The translations under genes and the position numbers were made by a program. Below, one piece after another: positions 38,611-48,351 of a DNA stretch of 64,000 nucleotides. The DNA comes from Candidatus Velesiimonas alkalicola (GTDB lineage: Bacteria > Omnitrophota > Gorgyraeia > Velesiimonadales > Velesiimonadaceae). The notes under the pieces are model-generated. The model saw nothing but the letters and a program-made list of their open reading frames with translations. It was not told where the DNA came from and searched no databases. The stretch covers positions 6,560 to 70,559 of the forward strand of contig NDHX01000007.1 of the NCBI GenBank assembly GCA_013626165.1, given 5' to 3'. Position 1 is the first letter of the stretch. Each line of letters opens with the position of its first letter.

Positions 38611-41004
38611 TTAAAATCTATGTGCCATACTAAAATAATACTGGGGCTTTTTTTCCTCCCCCCGTATAGTATCCAGCGGAAAACCAATATCTAAATTTAC
38701 AGGACCTATAGGAGTTTTTACTCTTATACCGACGCCTACGCCTGAAACAATATCACCAAAATCTACATCGCCCGGCTTTGCCCATACATAACCTGCATCA
38801 TAGAATGCTGCACCTCTGAAGTGCTCTCCAAAAAGAGGGAAATTTATCTCTATGTTTCCAAGCCATAAAACATCTCCACCTATCATATCTCCTGAAAGAA
38901 TATCCTGAGGACCTACTGCCCTTTCTCTATAACCCCTTATGGTAGTTCCTCCTCCTGCATAGAATCTGTCATATATAGGCACATTTCGTGTATCACCAAA
39001 GGCCTGGGCATATCCACCCCTTGTTGAAAGTTTTAAAACCCATTTAGGGTATAATGAATAAAATATATCATAACCGGCCTGATAGATTGTATAATCTTTA
39101 TCACCCCCAAAAGGCCCTCCGGCTACTCTTGTAGAAACAAATGTAGTATAACCCTTTGTTGGGTTAAAGATATTATCCCTTGTATCCCGGCTCAGTTTTA
39201 ATTCAGGACCGCTTATAAGATATGTTCCCTCTTCATCTTTTAGCGCCTGAGATGCAAGCCCGACAATATTTGATATTTCAACCTCTTCTAAACGATATGT
39301 GGTATCCCACCTTGTATATTCTAAAAACTCTTGCCCTAATCTTAAAGCACCGCCTGTTCTTCTTTCTTCAAAACCACGACCTGCCCTTCTTCCTCTTCCA
39401 CGTGTTCTGTCATAAATGTCAAAACCAAAAAGAAGGGGCTCACCCAAAAACCATGGTTCTGTGAAATTGAGTTCATAGTTCTGACGGGTTTCTGCAATGT
39501 CAAGATAGAGTTTTAATATCTGTCCTCCGCCGGTAAATGTGGGCCAGTTTAGAAGGTCAAAGTTCCTTTGTGTGATGCTTGCAAATCCTAATAATCCATC
39601 AACGGTGCTATATCCTGCGCCAATTGCAAATTCACCTGTCTTTGTCTCTTTTACCCGGACCACAAGGTCCTTCTGGTCCGGAATATCTATATCTAATATC
39701 TGATAACTTATCTCTTCAAAATAGCCGAGGTTATGAAGTCTTTCCTTGCTTTTTTTTAATTTTTCACCGTCAAAAATATCGCCCGGGTATATCTTCAGTT
39801 CTCTTCTTATAACCTCATCTTTTGTTTTTACATTCCCTTTTATATCTATGAGCCTTACCCTATACACATCACCTTCTGCAATAACATATCCGATATCCAT
39901 TCTCTGGGTTTTTCTATTGAATGCGGTTTTTGCCCTTATCCTTGCTGAGATATATCCGCGTTCAAAATAATATGACTGTATATTTCTGATATCTGCATCC
40001 AGCCCCTCTTCACTGAATATAGTTCCTGTTTTCATATTAAGCCTTGAAATAAGTTCATCTTCTGTGACAATTTCATTGCCCGATACCGTGATATCCCCGA
40101 TAATATACTTTTCACCTTCATCAATAATTATTGTAAGATAAAGGAGGTTGTCCTTCTGTTCTATTTTAGAATCTACTTTTACATCCAAAAATCCCTGCGA
40201 ACGATAAAAAGACTGGATTCTGTTAACATCTTCTCTAAGAACATCCCTTTTTATAAAACCGGATGAGAAAAGAGTGCGTCTTCTGGTTTTTATAATCCTT
40301 AATATTCTTCTATCGGGAAATGCGAAGTTGCCTTCTACCTTAATATCTTTTATTCGTACCCTCTGCCCTTCATTTATTATAAACTTTACAGACGCCCTTT
40401 GTTCTTCATCCTGCATCTGTATGTAATATGTAACATCTACATCGGCCCATCCTTTATCAATATAAAGTTTTTTTATCTTTAGACTATCCCGCCGCACCTT
40501 TCCAGGATCAAGTATTTCTATAATCTTGCTTTCTATTGTTGCTGTTAAAAGCCTGGACCTTATATTTTTATTGCCCTCAAACTCAATAGAAGATATGACT
40601 GCTTTTTCAACTACTATAAAAATTATTTTAATATCATCTTCAACATCTTCTACATTAACACTTATATCTGAGAAGAAGCCAGTGGCATAAAGCCTTCTTA
40701 TATCCTCACTTAAAACATCCTGTGAAAAGCTCCGGCCTGCTTGCAATTTTATCTTTGATAAAATAACATCTGTACTTACATTCCTATTCCCTTTTATTTC
40801 AAGTTCCCTTACTGTACGGGTTGGGATAGCAACCGCTTTTTCAAAATTTATCCCAACCTCTTTATCGGGGAAAATATCTTCTTGTTCCTGCTCCCATTCT
40901 GCTTTTTCCTCTTTCTGTTGAGCCAGTAAAGACCTTGTTATAGAAGTACTGGAAAAAATAAAGCAAACTAAAAATATATATACTATCATCCTGTATATCC
41001 GCAT
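38611..41004 (-). CDS. bamA: outer membrane protein assembly factor BamA
   Basis: Signal peptide, five POTRA-like repeats, C-terminal Omp85 beta-barrel ending ...YYFSMAHRF. Confidence 0.9.
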   Translation of the reverse strand: MRIYRMIVYIFLVCFIFSSTSITRSLLAQQKEEKAEWEQEQEDIFPDKEVGINFEKAVAIPTRTVRELEIKGNRNVSTDVILSKIKLQAGRSFSQDVLSEDIRRLYATGFFSDISVNVEDVEDDIKIIFIVVEKAVISSIEFEGNKNIRSRLLTATIESKIIEILDPGKVRRDSLKIKKLYIDKGWADVDVTYYIQMQDEEQRASVKFIINEGQRVRIKDIKVEGNFAFPDRRILRIIKTRRRTLFSSGFIKRDVLREDVNRIQSFYRSQGFLDVKVDSKIEQKDNLLYLTIIIDEGEKYIIGDITVSGNEIVTEDELISRLNMKTGTIFSEEGLDADIRNIQSYYFERGYISARIRAKTAFNRKTQRMDIGYVIAEGDVYRVRLIDIKGNVKTKDEVIRRELKIYPGDIFDGEKLKKSKERLHNLGYFEEISYQILDIDIPDQKDLVVRVKETKTGEFAIGAGYSTVDGLLGFASITQRNFDLLNWPTFTGGGQILKLYLDIAETRQNYELNFTEPWFLGEPLLFGFDIYDRTRGRGRRAGRGFEERRTGGALRLGQEFLEYTRWDTTYRLEEVEISNIVGLASQALKDEEGTYLISGPELKLSRDTRDNIFNPTKGYTTFVSTRVAGGPFGGDKDYTIYQAGYDIFYSLYPKWVLKLSTRGGYAQAFGDTRNVPIYDRFYAGGGTTIRGYRERAVGPQDILSGDMIGGDVLWLGNIEINFPLFGEHFRGAAFYDAGYVWAKPGDVDFGDIVSGVGVGIRVKTPIGPVNLDIGFPLDTIRGEEKKPQYYFSMAHRF

Positions 41005-41063
41005 ATTTATTCCCCTTTATTTATCCGTAAACCGTAGACCGTATTCTGTCGTTAGTATATCGC

Positions 41064-41117
41064 TCACCGTAACACCAGAGCACCAGAGCACCAGAGCACC
41101 AGAGCACCAGAGCACCA
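41064..41117. repeat. 8-mer CACCAGAG perfect tandem array (6.5 units) upstream of bamA
   Basis: caccagagcaccagagcaccagagcaccagagcaccagagcaccagagcaccag; flanked by 11-bp inverted repeat ccgtattctgt / acagaatacgg. Confidence 0.9.
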
Positions 41118-41219
41118 GAGCACCAGTTGCCCGTTACCTATGTTCTGATACCTTGAACCCTGTCTGCCGCAGGCTGGAACAGAATACGGGAGATAGACAA
41201 CTGACAACAGGCAACGGCT

Positions 41220-42578
41220 TTAGTATCCATCTTCTATTGGGCTTTTATTCCCAAATCTTGTGTATTCCTTAAGAAATACAAGGTCTATGGCGCCTGTAGG
41301 ACCATTTCTTTGTTTTGCAACCTTAAGTTTGACAGTATGACCCTGTTTCTTAGAAGCATCGCCTTGTGAAAAACTATCTTCTTCATCCTGTTCAGTATCT
41401 CTCCACAACATAAAAACCACATCGGCATCCTGCTCAAGGGAACCACTCTCTCTTAAATCTGAAAGACGGGGTTCGCTGTTTTTTCTGTCTCTTCGCTCCG
41501 GCTCTCTTGATAACTGGCATAATGCAAGAACAGGTATTTTCAATTCTTTCGCCATTGATTTTAATGCTCTTGATATGTCAGAAACCTCCTGTTGTCTGTT
41601 TTCAAACCTTCTTTCGCCATGTGTCATAAGTTGCAGATAATCTATCGCAATAAGACCGATATCATATTTCCGTTTTAGCCTTCGTGTAGCAGCCCGTAGT
41701 TGCACAGGAGTTAAGACAGCACTTTCATTAATATATATTTTAAGTTCATTCAATTTACCGGCTGCAATTTGTATATCTGCCCATTGATTGGCTATTCTCC
41801 CCTGTCTTATATTATGACTGTTCACCCTTGCGCAGGAACAAAGCATACGGAAGGTAAGCTCCATTTTAGACATCTCAAGGCTGAATATAGCAACAGGAAT
41901 ATTATTTGAGGCAGCATTTTCTGCAACACAACACATAAACGAAGTTTTACCGATGCTGGGTCTTGCAGCAAGCAATGTTAACTCACCCGGTTGCAGCCCC
42001 CTTGTCAGTCCATCAAGTTCATAAAAACCAGTTAAAACAACCCCGGGTTCTTTATTTCCCTGTGAAACCGAATCTATCATTGCAACAGTTTCATGCAATA
42101 CCTCAGAGATGGGAAACTCTTTTTGAGTATATCTATCTGTGGAAATAGAATATATCCTGCTTTCTGCTATATCAAGCATATCTTCAGCAGACACATTCTG
42201 TTCATATGAGGATGTTGCAATCTCAGAGCAATAGTGGATAAGTTTTCTAAGAGTGGCTTTTTCTTTTACAATCTGTGCATAATAATTACAGTTAGCAGCA
42301 GTTGGAACAGACAAGGCAATACTTGTAATAGCAGTAGGACCACCCACTGTATCAAGTACATTATCTTTTTTAAGTTGCTCTATAAGTGTAAGACTATCCA
42401 GGGGTTGGTTCTGTTGATGAAGTTTTTTTAAAGCATTAAATATTTTTGCATGTGATTCTTTATAAAAATCATCCGCCGTAAGAGTAGAGAATACTTCTTC
42501 TGCTACTTCTATTTCAAGTATCATGCTTCCAAGAACAGCCATTTCTGCTTCACAATTTTGTGGAGGAAGTCTTTCCAT
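41220..42578 (-). CDS. dnaB: replicative DNA helicase
   Basis: Start set at MERLPPQN (3 nt after rplI stop); N-terminal DnaB domain, Walker A ARPSIGKTSF, RecA-like C-terminal domain. Confidence 0.9.
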   Translation of the reverse strand: MERLPPQNCEAEMAVLGSMILEIEVAEEVFSTLTADDFYKESHAKIFNALKKLHQQNQPLDSLTLIEQLKKDNVLDTVGGPTAITSIALSVPTAANCNYYAQIVKEKATLRKLIHYCSEIATSSYEQNVSAEDMLDIAESRIYSISTDRYTQKEFPISEVLHETVAMIDSVSQGNKEPGVVLTGFYELDGLTRGLQPGELTLLAARPSIGKTSFMCCVAENAASNNIPVAIFSLEMSKMELTFRMLCSCARVNSHNIRQGRIANQWADIQIAAGKLNELKIYINESAVLTPVQLRAATRRLKRKYDIGLIAIDYLQLMTHGERRFENRQQEVSDISRALKSMAKELKIPVLALCQLSREPERRDRKNSEPRLSDLRESGSLEQDADVVFMLWRDTEQDEEDSFSQGDASKKQGHTVKLKVAKQRNGPTGAIDLVFLKEYTRFGNKSPIEDGY

Positions 42579-42579
42579 T

Positions 42580-43023
42580 TCACTCTTTAATAACCCAAAC
42601 CTTAAGACTTGCAATTATATCTTTGTAAGGATGAACCTGGACAGTATAAACCCCTAATGTTTTTATCTCTTCTGTTATGTGAACATTCCTTTTATCAATA
42701 GAAATACCCTGCTCTTTTAAGGCATTTACTATATCAGAGGATGTTACAGTGCCAAAGATTTTATCTTCTTCTCCTGCTTTCATACGAATTGTTACAGAGG
42801 TATTAGAAATATTTTTTGCAACCTGTTCCATATCCTGTCTTATTTTAACTTGCAGAGCTTCCTGATGTTTTTTTTCATTTTCTATTTGTTGTGCAATTTT
42901 TTTAGAATATTCAACTGCTAACCCTCTTGGGATAAGATAATTCCTTGCATAGCCGTCTTTTACATCCTGAATATTTCCAATTTTACCAATATTTTCAACA
43001 TCTTTTCTAAAAATAATTTTCAT
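42580..43023 (-). CDS. rplI: 50S ribosomal protein L9
   Basis: [36 protein letters not shown] canonical L9 N-terminus. Confidence 0.9.
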   Translation of the reverse strand: MKIIFRKDVENIGKIGNIQDVKDGYARNYLIPRGLAVEYSKKIAQQIENEKKHQEALQVKIRQDMEQVAKNISNTSVTIRMKAGEEDKIFGTVTSSDIVNALKEQGISIDKRNVHITEEIKTLGVYTVQVHPYKDIIASLKVWVIKE

Positions 43024-43032
43024 AATTTAACT

Positions 43033-43218
43033 GAAATTCCAACATAAGGATGAAATACGAACTCATTCCCCTTTTTCTTAAAAGGGGTGGCAACGAAGTT
43101 GACGGGGTATTCAATGCTACCTTATAACCCAATACCCCACCTGCTAACGCAGGCACCCCTTTACGAAAGGGGAATTAAATACTTGTTTAATCCTTATAAT
43201 TCTTATGTCGGAATTTCA
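43033..43218. mobile_element. MITE-like structured element with ~17-bp terminal inverted repeats (copy A), filling the rpsR-rplI spacer
   Basis: Terminal inverted repeats gaaattccaacataagga / tcttatgtcggaatttc; internal GGGG/CCCC hairpins; second copy at 46859-47040. Confidence 0.45.
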
Positions 43219-43221
43219 CTC

Positions 43222-43467
43222 CTAAGCCACAGAACCTGTTGGTAAAAGAGCAAGGTAACGGGCCCGTTTGACTGCTCTGGCAAGTGACCTTTGATGCCAC
43301 GCACAGGTGCCTGTTATGCGAGACGGAATCATCTTCCCTCTCTCTGTAATATATTTTGCAAGCTTTCCCGAATCTTTATAGTCTATATCTTTTGTATTAT
43401 CTTTACAAAATGTACAAAAAGAAGATCTGACTGTAAAAAATCTTCTTCTATTCACCTTTTTTTCCAT
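43222..43467 (-). CDS. rpsR: 30S ribosomal protein S18
   Basis: Start set at MEKKVNRRR (GAGAGGAG Shine-Dalgarno); [16 protein letters not shown]...[14 protein letters not shown] canonical S18. Confidence 0.9.
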   Translation of the reverse strand: MEKKVNRRRFFTVRSSFCTFCKDNTKDIDYKDSGKLAKYITERGKMIPSRITGTCAWHQRSLARAVKRARYLALLPTGSVA

Positions 43468-43480
43468 ATCTCCTCTCATA

Positions 43481-43530
43481 AGAGCACCAGAGCACCAGAG
43501 CACCAGGCACCGGAGCACCGGAACACCTGT
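43481..43530. repeat. 8-mer CACCAGAG array upstream of rpsR
   Basis: agagcaccagagcaccagagcaccaggcaccggagcaccggaacacc. Confidence 0.9.
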
Positions 43531-43542
43531 CGCCTGTTTTTA

Positions 43543-43968
43543 TTAAAATGGAACATTTTTATTAGAATTTGCTTCTGGAGTTGGTTGTTCATGTGCCTCT
43601 GCTGATTCAGATGTTTCTTCAGAGGGGGGTATTTCTTTTAGTCTTGAAAGGAATTGAACATTTATTGCAACAACCTCCGTGGTGGTTCTTTCTATTTTAT
43701 CATCCCCAACCCATTTTCTTGTTTGAATACGACCTTCAACAAAAACTGAACTGCCTTTGGATAAGTATTTGTTGCAGCTTTCGGCGTTTTTTCCCCATGC
43801 AACTATTCTGATAAATGTGGCTTCTTCTTTTTTCTCCCCTGTTGCAAGTTTGAAAACACGATTTACAGCAATTGAAAATGTTGCCACAGCCTGCCCGCTT
43901 GCTATATACCTCAATTCAGGATCTCTTGTAAGATTACCTATTAAAAATACACGATTAAAACTCGCCAT
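43543..43968 (-). CDS. ssb: single-stranded DNA-binding protein
   Basis: Start at MASFNRVFLIGNLTRDPELRY (GGAGAGG Shine-Dalgarno); OB-fold SSB, acidic C-terminal tail ending ...NVPF. Confidence 0.9.
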   Translation of the reverse strand: MASFNRVFLIGNLTRDPELRYIASGQAVATFSIAVNRVFKLATGEKKEEATFIRIVAWGKNAESCNKYLSKGSSVFVEGRIQTRKWVGDDKIERTTTEVVAINVQFLSRLKEIPPSEETSESAEAHEQPTPEANSNKNVPF

Positions 43969-44094
43969 ACCTCTCCCTCTTTCCAGGGCACAAGAGCACA
44001 CCAGGCGAAAGTCACTGGTATGCTCCAATGCTCTATTGCTTAAATCATCAGTCGTCTATTTTTCGTAACTGACCCCTGCTTTCACGAGGACAAG

Positions 44095-44412
44095 TTATTT
44101 TTTACCTCGTTGTTTTTGTTCACATAAAAATATCCCAAATCTTAAAATCCCATCCTGGAGCCTGTAGATTCTTTCAAGTATTCTAACGGAAGACGGTTCT
44201 ATTTCAAACAAAAATCTTGTATATCCCCCTTCTGTTTGCTTTTGTATGGTATAGGAAAGCTTTCTCTTGCCTAAACTCTGTTTCTCCAGAATCTTGCCCC
44301 CCTGTTTTGTAATGTTTTCCTCTATCTGTCCCAGGAGCTGTTCCTCATCTTCTTTTAAAAAGACAACTTTTGTTACAAACATCCCTTCATAAACCCTCAC
44401 CCTCTGCAACAC
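44095..44412 (-). CDS. rpsF: 30S ribosomal protein S6
   Basis: S6-like ...GKRKLSYTIQK...GGYTRFLFE...ILERIYRLQDGILR; in the rpsF-ssb-rpsR-rplI gene order; start codon uncertain. Confidence 0.8.
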   Translation of the reverse strand: MLQRVRVYEGMFVTKVVFLKEDEEQLLGQIEENITKQGGKILEKQSLGKRKLSYTIQKQTEGGYTRFLFEIEPSSVRILERIYRLQDGILRFGIFLCEQKQRGKK

Positions 44413-44472
44413 CTCCTTTTACAGCAATAAAACCAGTTATATGATAGGTCTCTCGGGAAACTCCCCGAGCCG

Positions 44473-45027
44473 TCAGTTATATTTATGCATTGTTTCATCT
44501 GTTCCATTTTTAACCCAAAACTCACAAACATCAACGGATTCTTTTAATATAACCTCTATTTTTTTAATATCCTGCTTTCCCATGTGTAAAAGAACAAATT
44601 TCTCAAGACTTATTCCTGTGGGTTTCGGACCTATCCCTATTCTTAACCTTGGAAATTCATTTGTTCGCAAATAATGTATTATTGATTGTAATCCTTTATG
44701 TCCGCCCGCCGAACCCCTTTTCCTTATCCTTACCTGTCCTGCGGGCAACGATATATCATCTAATACAATGAGAAGATTATCAAGACAAATATGTTTATTT
44801 TTTATAATTTCATAAACCGCAACTCCGCTTTTATTCATAAATGTAAGAGGAAGAACAAGCAAAGTTTTTTTACCATCTACAATAATTTCACATATTTTAG
44901 AGTTATAAAATTTTCGGAATTTTTTATTATGTTGTTTTGCAAGAAATACTACAACATTATACCCGAGATTATGCCTGGTGTCTTGATATTTTTCTTCTGG
45001 ATTTCCAAGCCCAACAATACAGTGCAA
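44473..45027 (-). CDS. pth: peptidyl-tRNA hydrolase
   Basis: MHCIVGLGNPEEKYQDTRHNLGY canonical Pth N-terminus. Confidence 0.9.
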   Translation of the reverse strand: MHCIVGLGNPEEKYQDTRHNLGYNVVVFLAKQHNKKFRKFYNSKICEIIVDGKKTLLVLPLTFMNKSGVAVYEIIKNKHICLDNLLIVLDDISLPAGQVRIRKRGSAGGHKGLQSIIHYLRTNEFPRLRIGIGPKPTGISLEKFVLLHMGKQDIKKIEVILKESVDVCEFWVKNGTDETMHKYN

Positions 45028-45029
45028 AA

Positions 45030-45707
45030 CTACTCCTTAGTCTTTTCTTTCTTTTTATCTTCTTCGGGTTCTTCTTCCATCTTCTTTTCTTTTATAACCT
45101 CAGGCTCTGCTATAGCAACACCAGGCAGTACCTCTTCAACTTTCTCCTCAACAGGTGCAGCAACACTTATAACTACAAGTTCCATATCACGCATTATACG
45201 GACACCTTCAGGCAATTTTAATTCCTTCAGATGTATTGCATCACCTATGTTTAGATTTGATACATTTACATCTATCTTATCCGGTATATTCGTTGGCAGA
45301 CACTCAACCTCAACTTCCCACATAATATGTTGTAAAAGGCCTCCTTCTTTTACGCCCGGTGCAGAGCCTTTTACCGATATCGGAACTGTAATTCTTAACT
45401 TCTCTGTAAGAAGTATCTGATTAAAATCTATATGAAGAAGTTTTCCATGTACCGGGTCATATTGTAATTCTTTTATTATTACTGTTCTATCCTTGTTTTC
45501 TCCTTTTAATTTCAGATTTATCAAAATATTTTCACTCCCTGATGTTTTAAACACTTTATTCAAGTCACCAATCTTTACCTGGATAGGAACAGCGTCTTTT
45601 CCTTTTCTATAAACTACTGCTGGAATAATAGAAGACTTCCTTAATGCTTTAACCCTTGATTTTCCCTTTTCTTCTCGGACATCTGCGCCCAATGTAACCT
45701 GTTTCAT
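45030..45707 (-). CDS. rplY: 50S ribosomal protein L25 / general stress protein Ctc
   Basis: L25 N-terminal domain (RKSSIIPAVVYRKGKDAVPIQV) plus Ctc-type C-terminal domain and acidic/lysine-rich tail. Confidence 0.85.
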   Translation of the reverse strand: MKQVTLGADVREEKGKSRVKALRKSSIIPAVVYRKGKDAVPIQVKIGDLNKVFKTSGSENILINLKLKGENKDRTVIIKELQYDPVHGKLLHIDFNQILLTEKLRITVPISVKGSAPGVKEGGLLQHIMWEVEVECLPTNIPDKIDVNVSNLNIGDAIHLKELKLPEGVRIMRDMELVVISVAAPVEEKVEEVLPGVAIAEPEVIKEKKMEEEPEEDKKKEKTKE

Positions 45708-45716
45708 GTTTCCTTT

Positions 45717-46658
45717 CTAGTTAAATAAAATACTTACCGATTCTTCTTTATGAATTCTTCTTATAGCTTCTCCTAGAAGTGGTGCTATAGATAGAACAAG
45801 TATTTTGTCTATTTGTTTATCTGCGGCAAGTGGTATTGTATCTGTCACAACAAGTTTTTCAATACTGGAGCCTCGTATCCTTTCAATGGCAGGTCCTGCT
45901 AACACAGGATGTGTTACAGCCGCATATACCGTTTTGGACCCTGCTTTTTTAAGTGCATCTGCGGCCTCAACAAGTGTCCCGGCGGTAGAAACAAGGTCAT
46001 CTACTATAACAACATCTCTATCCTTTACCTCTCCTAATATGTTCATCACTTCTATTTCCCTATCATTTACCCTTTGTTTGTCAACAACAGCAAGGGATGC
46101 CTTTAAACGTTTTGCATATGCCCGTGCCATTTTAATTCCCCCAACATCAGGTGATACAACAACAGGATTTTTAAGCCTCTGCTTTTCAAAATATTCTACA
46201 AACTCGTTTACTGCAAAAAGATGGTCAACAGGAATATCAAAAAAGCCTTGTATCTGCCCTGCATGTAAATCAACAGTGAGCACCCTGTTTGCACCGGCAA
46301 TCGTAATAAGATTTGCAACAAGTTTTGCCGTAATAGGAACCCTGGGTCTGTCTTTCCTGTCCTGCCTTGTATACCCGAAATATGGCATAATAGCAGTTAT
46401 TCTTCTTGCCGATGCCCTTTTAAGTGTATCAAAAAAAATTAATAATTCTACAAGATTTTCATTCACAGGTGTACAGGTTGACTGAACTATAAATACATCT
46501 CTTCCCCTTACATCTTCATCTACTTTTATATGTGTTTCACCGTCCGGAAAATTAGTAATACATACATTGCCCTGTTGAATATCTAAATATTTACATATTT
46601 TTTCTGTCAATTTATGATTTGATGAACCAGAAAAAATTGCCAATTCTACCTTATCCAT
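45717..46658 (-). CDS. prs: ribose-phosphate pyrophosphokinase
   Basis: Start at MDKVELAIFSGSSN (GGGGGGAGAG Shine-Dalgarno); PRPP-binding motif VVIVDDLVSTAGT; classic prs-rplY-pth order. Confidence 0.9.
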   Translation of the reverse strand: MDKVELAIFSGSSNHKLTEKICKYLDIQQGNVCITNFPDGETHIKVDEDVRGRDVFIVQSTCTPVNENLVELLIFFDTLKRASARRITAIMPYFGYTRQDRKDRPRVPITAKLVANLITIAGANRVLTVDLHAGQIQGFFDIPVDHLFAVNEFVEYFEKQRLKNPVVVSPDVGGIKMARAYAKRLKASLAVVDKQRVNDREIEVMNILGEVKDRDVVIVDDLVSTAGTLVEAADALKKAGSKTVYAAVTHPVLAGPAIERIRGSSIEKLVVTDTIPLAADKQIDKILVLSIAPLLGEAIRRIHKEESVSILFN

Positions 46659-46689
46659 AATCTTACTCTCCCCCCCTTTTAGAACAACA

Positions 46690-46742
46690 GACACCAGAGA
46701 AGTGACTAGTTTACTGGTGCTCTGATGCACTGGTGTTCTGGG
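46690..46742. repeat. degenerate 8-mer CACCAGAG array immediately upstream of prs
   Basis: acaccagagaagtgactagtttactggtgctctgatgcactggtgttctggg. Confidence 0.8.
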
Positions 46743-46858
46743 AGATTATGCCGCTTCTTTTTCCATTACAATTTTTGGTTTTTCACCTCAGGTGCAATCA
46801 GGATGGATGACGCACTGTTTTACACCTTGCATTGAAGGTATTTCATAACTGAAATTCC

Positions 46859-47040
46859 GACATGGGGATGAAATACGAACTCATTCCCCTTTTCTCAAAA
46901 AGGGGTGGCAGACCGAAGGTCTGACGGGGTATTCAATGCTACCTTATAACCCAATACCCCGCCTGGCTAACGCAGGCACCCCTTTACGAAAGGGGAATTA
47001 AATACTTGTTTAATCCTTATAATCCTTATGTCGGAATTTC
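46859..47040. mobile_element. MITE-like structured element with terminal inverted repeats (copy B), flanked by 11-bp direct repeat ggtatttcata
   Basis: Terminal inverted repeats gaaattccgacatgggga / ccttatgtcggaatttc; flanking ggtatttcata at 46848-46858 and 47041-47051 (candidate target-site duplication). Confidence 0.45.
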
Positions 47041-47045
47041 GGTAT

Positions 47046-47416
47046 TTCATACATAACATTTAACATTATTTCTTCTTATGACGGTTTGCTCTCAGCCTCT
47101 TCTTTCTTTTATGTTTTGCCATTTTTGCTTTTTTGCGTTTTCTCCCGCAAGGCATACAAACATCCCCCTTTCTGTTATTCTATTGTTAAGAACCTGTAAG
47201 TTCTAATTCCCCTCACACCAGTGCACCAGACCGGTGACTGATGCACCAGACTGGTGACTGGTGCTCCGGTGCTCTGGTGCTCTGTTCATACATAACATTT
47301 AACATTATTTCTTCTTATGACGGTTTGCTCTCAGCCTCTTCTTTCTTTTATGTTTTGCCATTTTTGCTTTTTTGCGTTTTCTCCCGCAAGGCATACAAAC
47401 ATCCCCCCCCTTCTGT
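47046..47416. repeat. ~130-bp perfect direct duplication (47046-47177 and 47285-47416), each followed by an 8-mer array; minus-strand micro-ORF in each copy
   Basis: Identical ttcatacataacatttaac...ggcatacaaacatccccc units; minus-strand ORFs 47066-47155 and 47305-47394 encode MPCGRKRKKAKMAKHKRKKRLRANRHKKK with GGGGGA Shine-Dalgarno. Confidence 0.8.
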
Positions 47417-47466
47417 TTAGAGCACTAGGCACCAGAGCACCAGACTGGTGACTGGTGCTCTGCTAA

Positions 47467-48351
47467 CTATGGTATCACTTTATTTAGCGCATATTCTACT
47501 ATCCCCTCTGCTCCTGTTTTGAGAAGTTTCGGTATTAAATCTCTTACAATCTTCTCATCAATAATTGTATCTACATCATACCATCCTTTTGTGGAAAGAG
47601 GTGCAACTGTGGGTTTTTTCATGGCCGGTAATATTGAAAGAACTTTTTTTAAGTTTTTTGAATGGACATTCATCTTTAAACCAACCTTTTCCTCTGCAAA
47701 AATAGCGCCCCTTAACAAAAGTGCTATTGTTTGCATCTTATTTCTTTTCCATAAATCGGACCAGGAACTGTGTGAAGATATAAACTGCGTTTTTGATATG
47801 CATACATTATCAATAATCTTTAACCTATTTGTGCGAAGTGAAGAGCCTGTTTCTGTTAATTCTACAATTGCATCTACAAGTCCCAGCGCCGGCTTTACTT
47901 CTGTTGCTCCCCAACTAAATTCAACATCTGCATGGACATTATGATTTTTAAGATATTTTTTTGTAACCTGCACAAGCTCTGTGGCAATTCTTTTCCCTTC
48001 CAAATCTTTTACGGATTCTATATTAGAATCTTTCAGAACGGCAAGCACCCATCTAACAGGACCAGATGTAGCCTTTGAATATGTAAGTTCACATACCTGT
48101 ACCACATCACAATCATTCTCATTCACCCAGTCCTGTCCTGTTATTCCACAATCCAGAACGCCTGCTGCAACATATCGTGGCATTTCCTGTGCTCTTATAA
48201 GCAGTGCCTCTATCTGTTCATCATCCACAACAGGATAATATGACCTTTCGCTTACATAGATATTAAACCCAGCCTTCTTAAACATCTTTATAGTTGATTC
48301 CTGAAGGCTTCCTTTTGGGAGTCCCAATTTTAGTTTTTTATTGGGTTTCAT
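47467..48351 (-). CDS. hisG: ATP phosphoribosyltransferase (long form)
   Basis: [15 protein letters not shown]-terminus, HisG catalytic domain + C-terminal regulatory domain, 294 aa. Confidence 0.85.
   Translation of the reverse strand: MKPNKKLKLGLPKGSLQESTIKMFKKAGFNIYVSERSYYPVVDDEQIEALLIRAQEMPRYVAAGVLDCGITGQDWVNENDCDVVQVCELTYSKATSGPVRWVLAVLKDSNIESVKDLEGKRIATELVQVTKKYLKNHNVHADVEFSWGATEVKPALGLVDAIVELTETGSSLRTNRLKIIDNVCISKTQFISSHSSWSDLWKRNKMQTIALLLRGAIFAEEKVGLKMNVHSKNLKKVLSILPAMKKPTVAPLSTKGWYDVDTIIDEKIVRDLIPKLLKTGAEGIVEYALNKVIP

Noticed and set aside
47066-47155. Basic micropeptide as ribosomal protein L34/L36/S21
   Set aside because: I compared it from memory with bL34, bL36, bL35 and bS21 consensus sequences and found no convincing match. 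I keep it only as a hypothetical micro-ORF.
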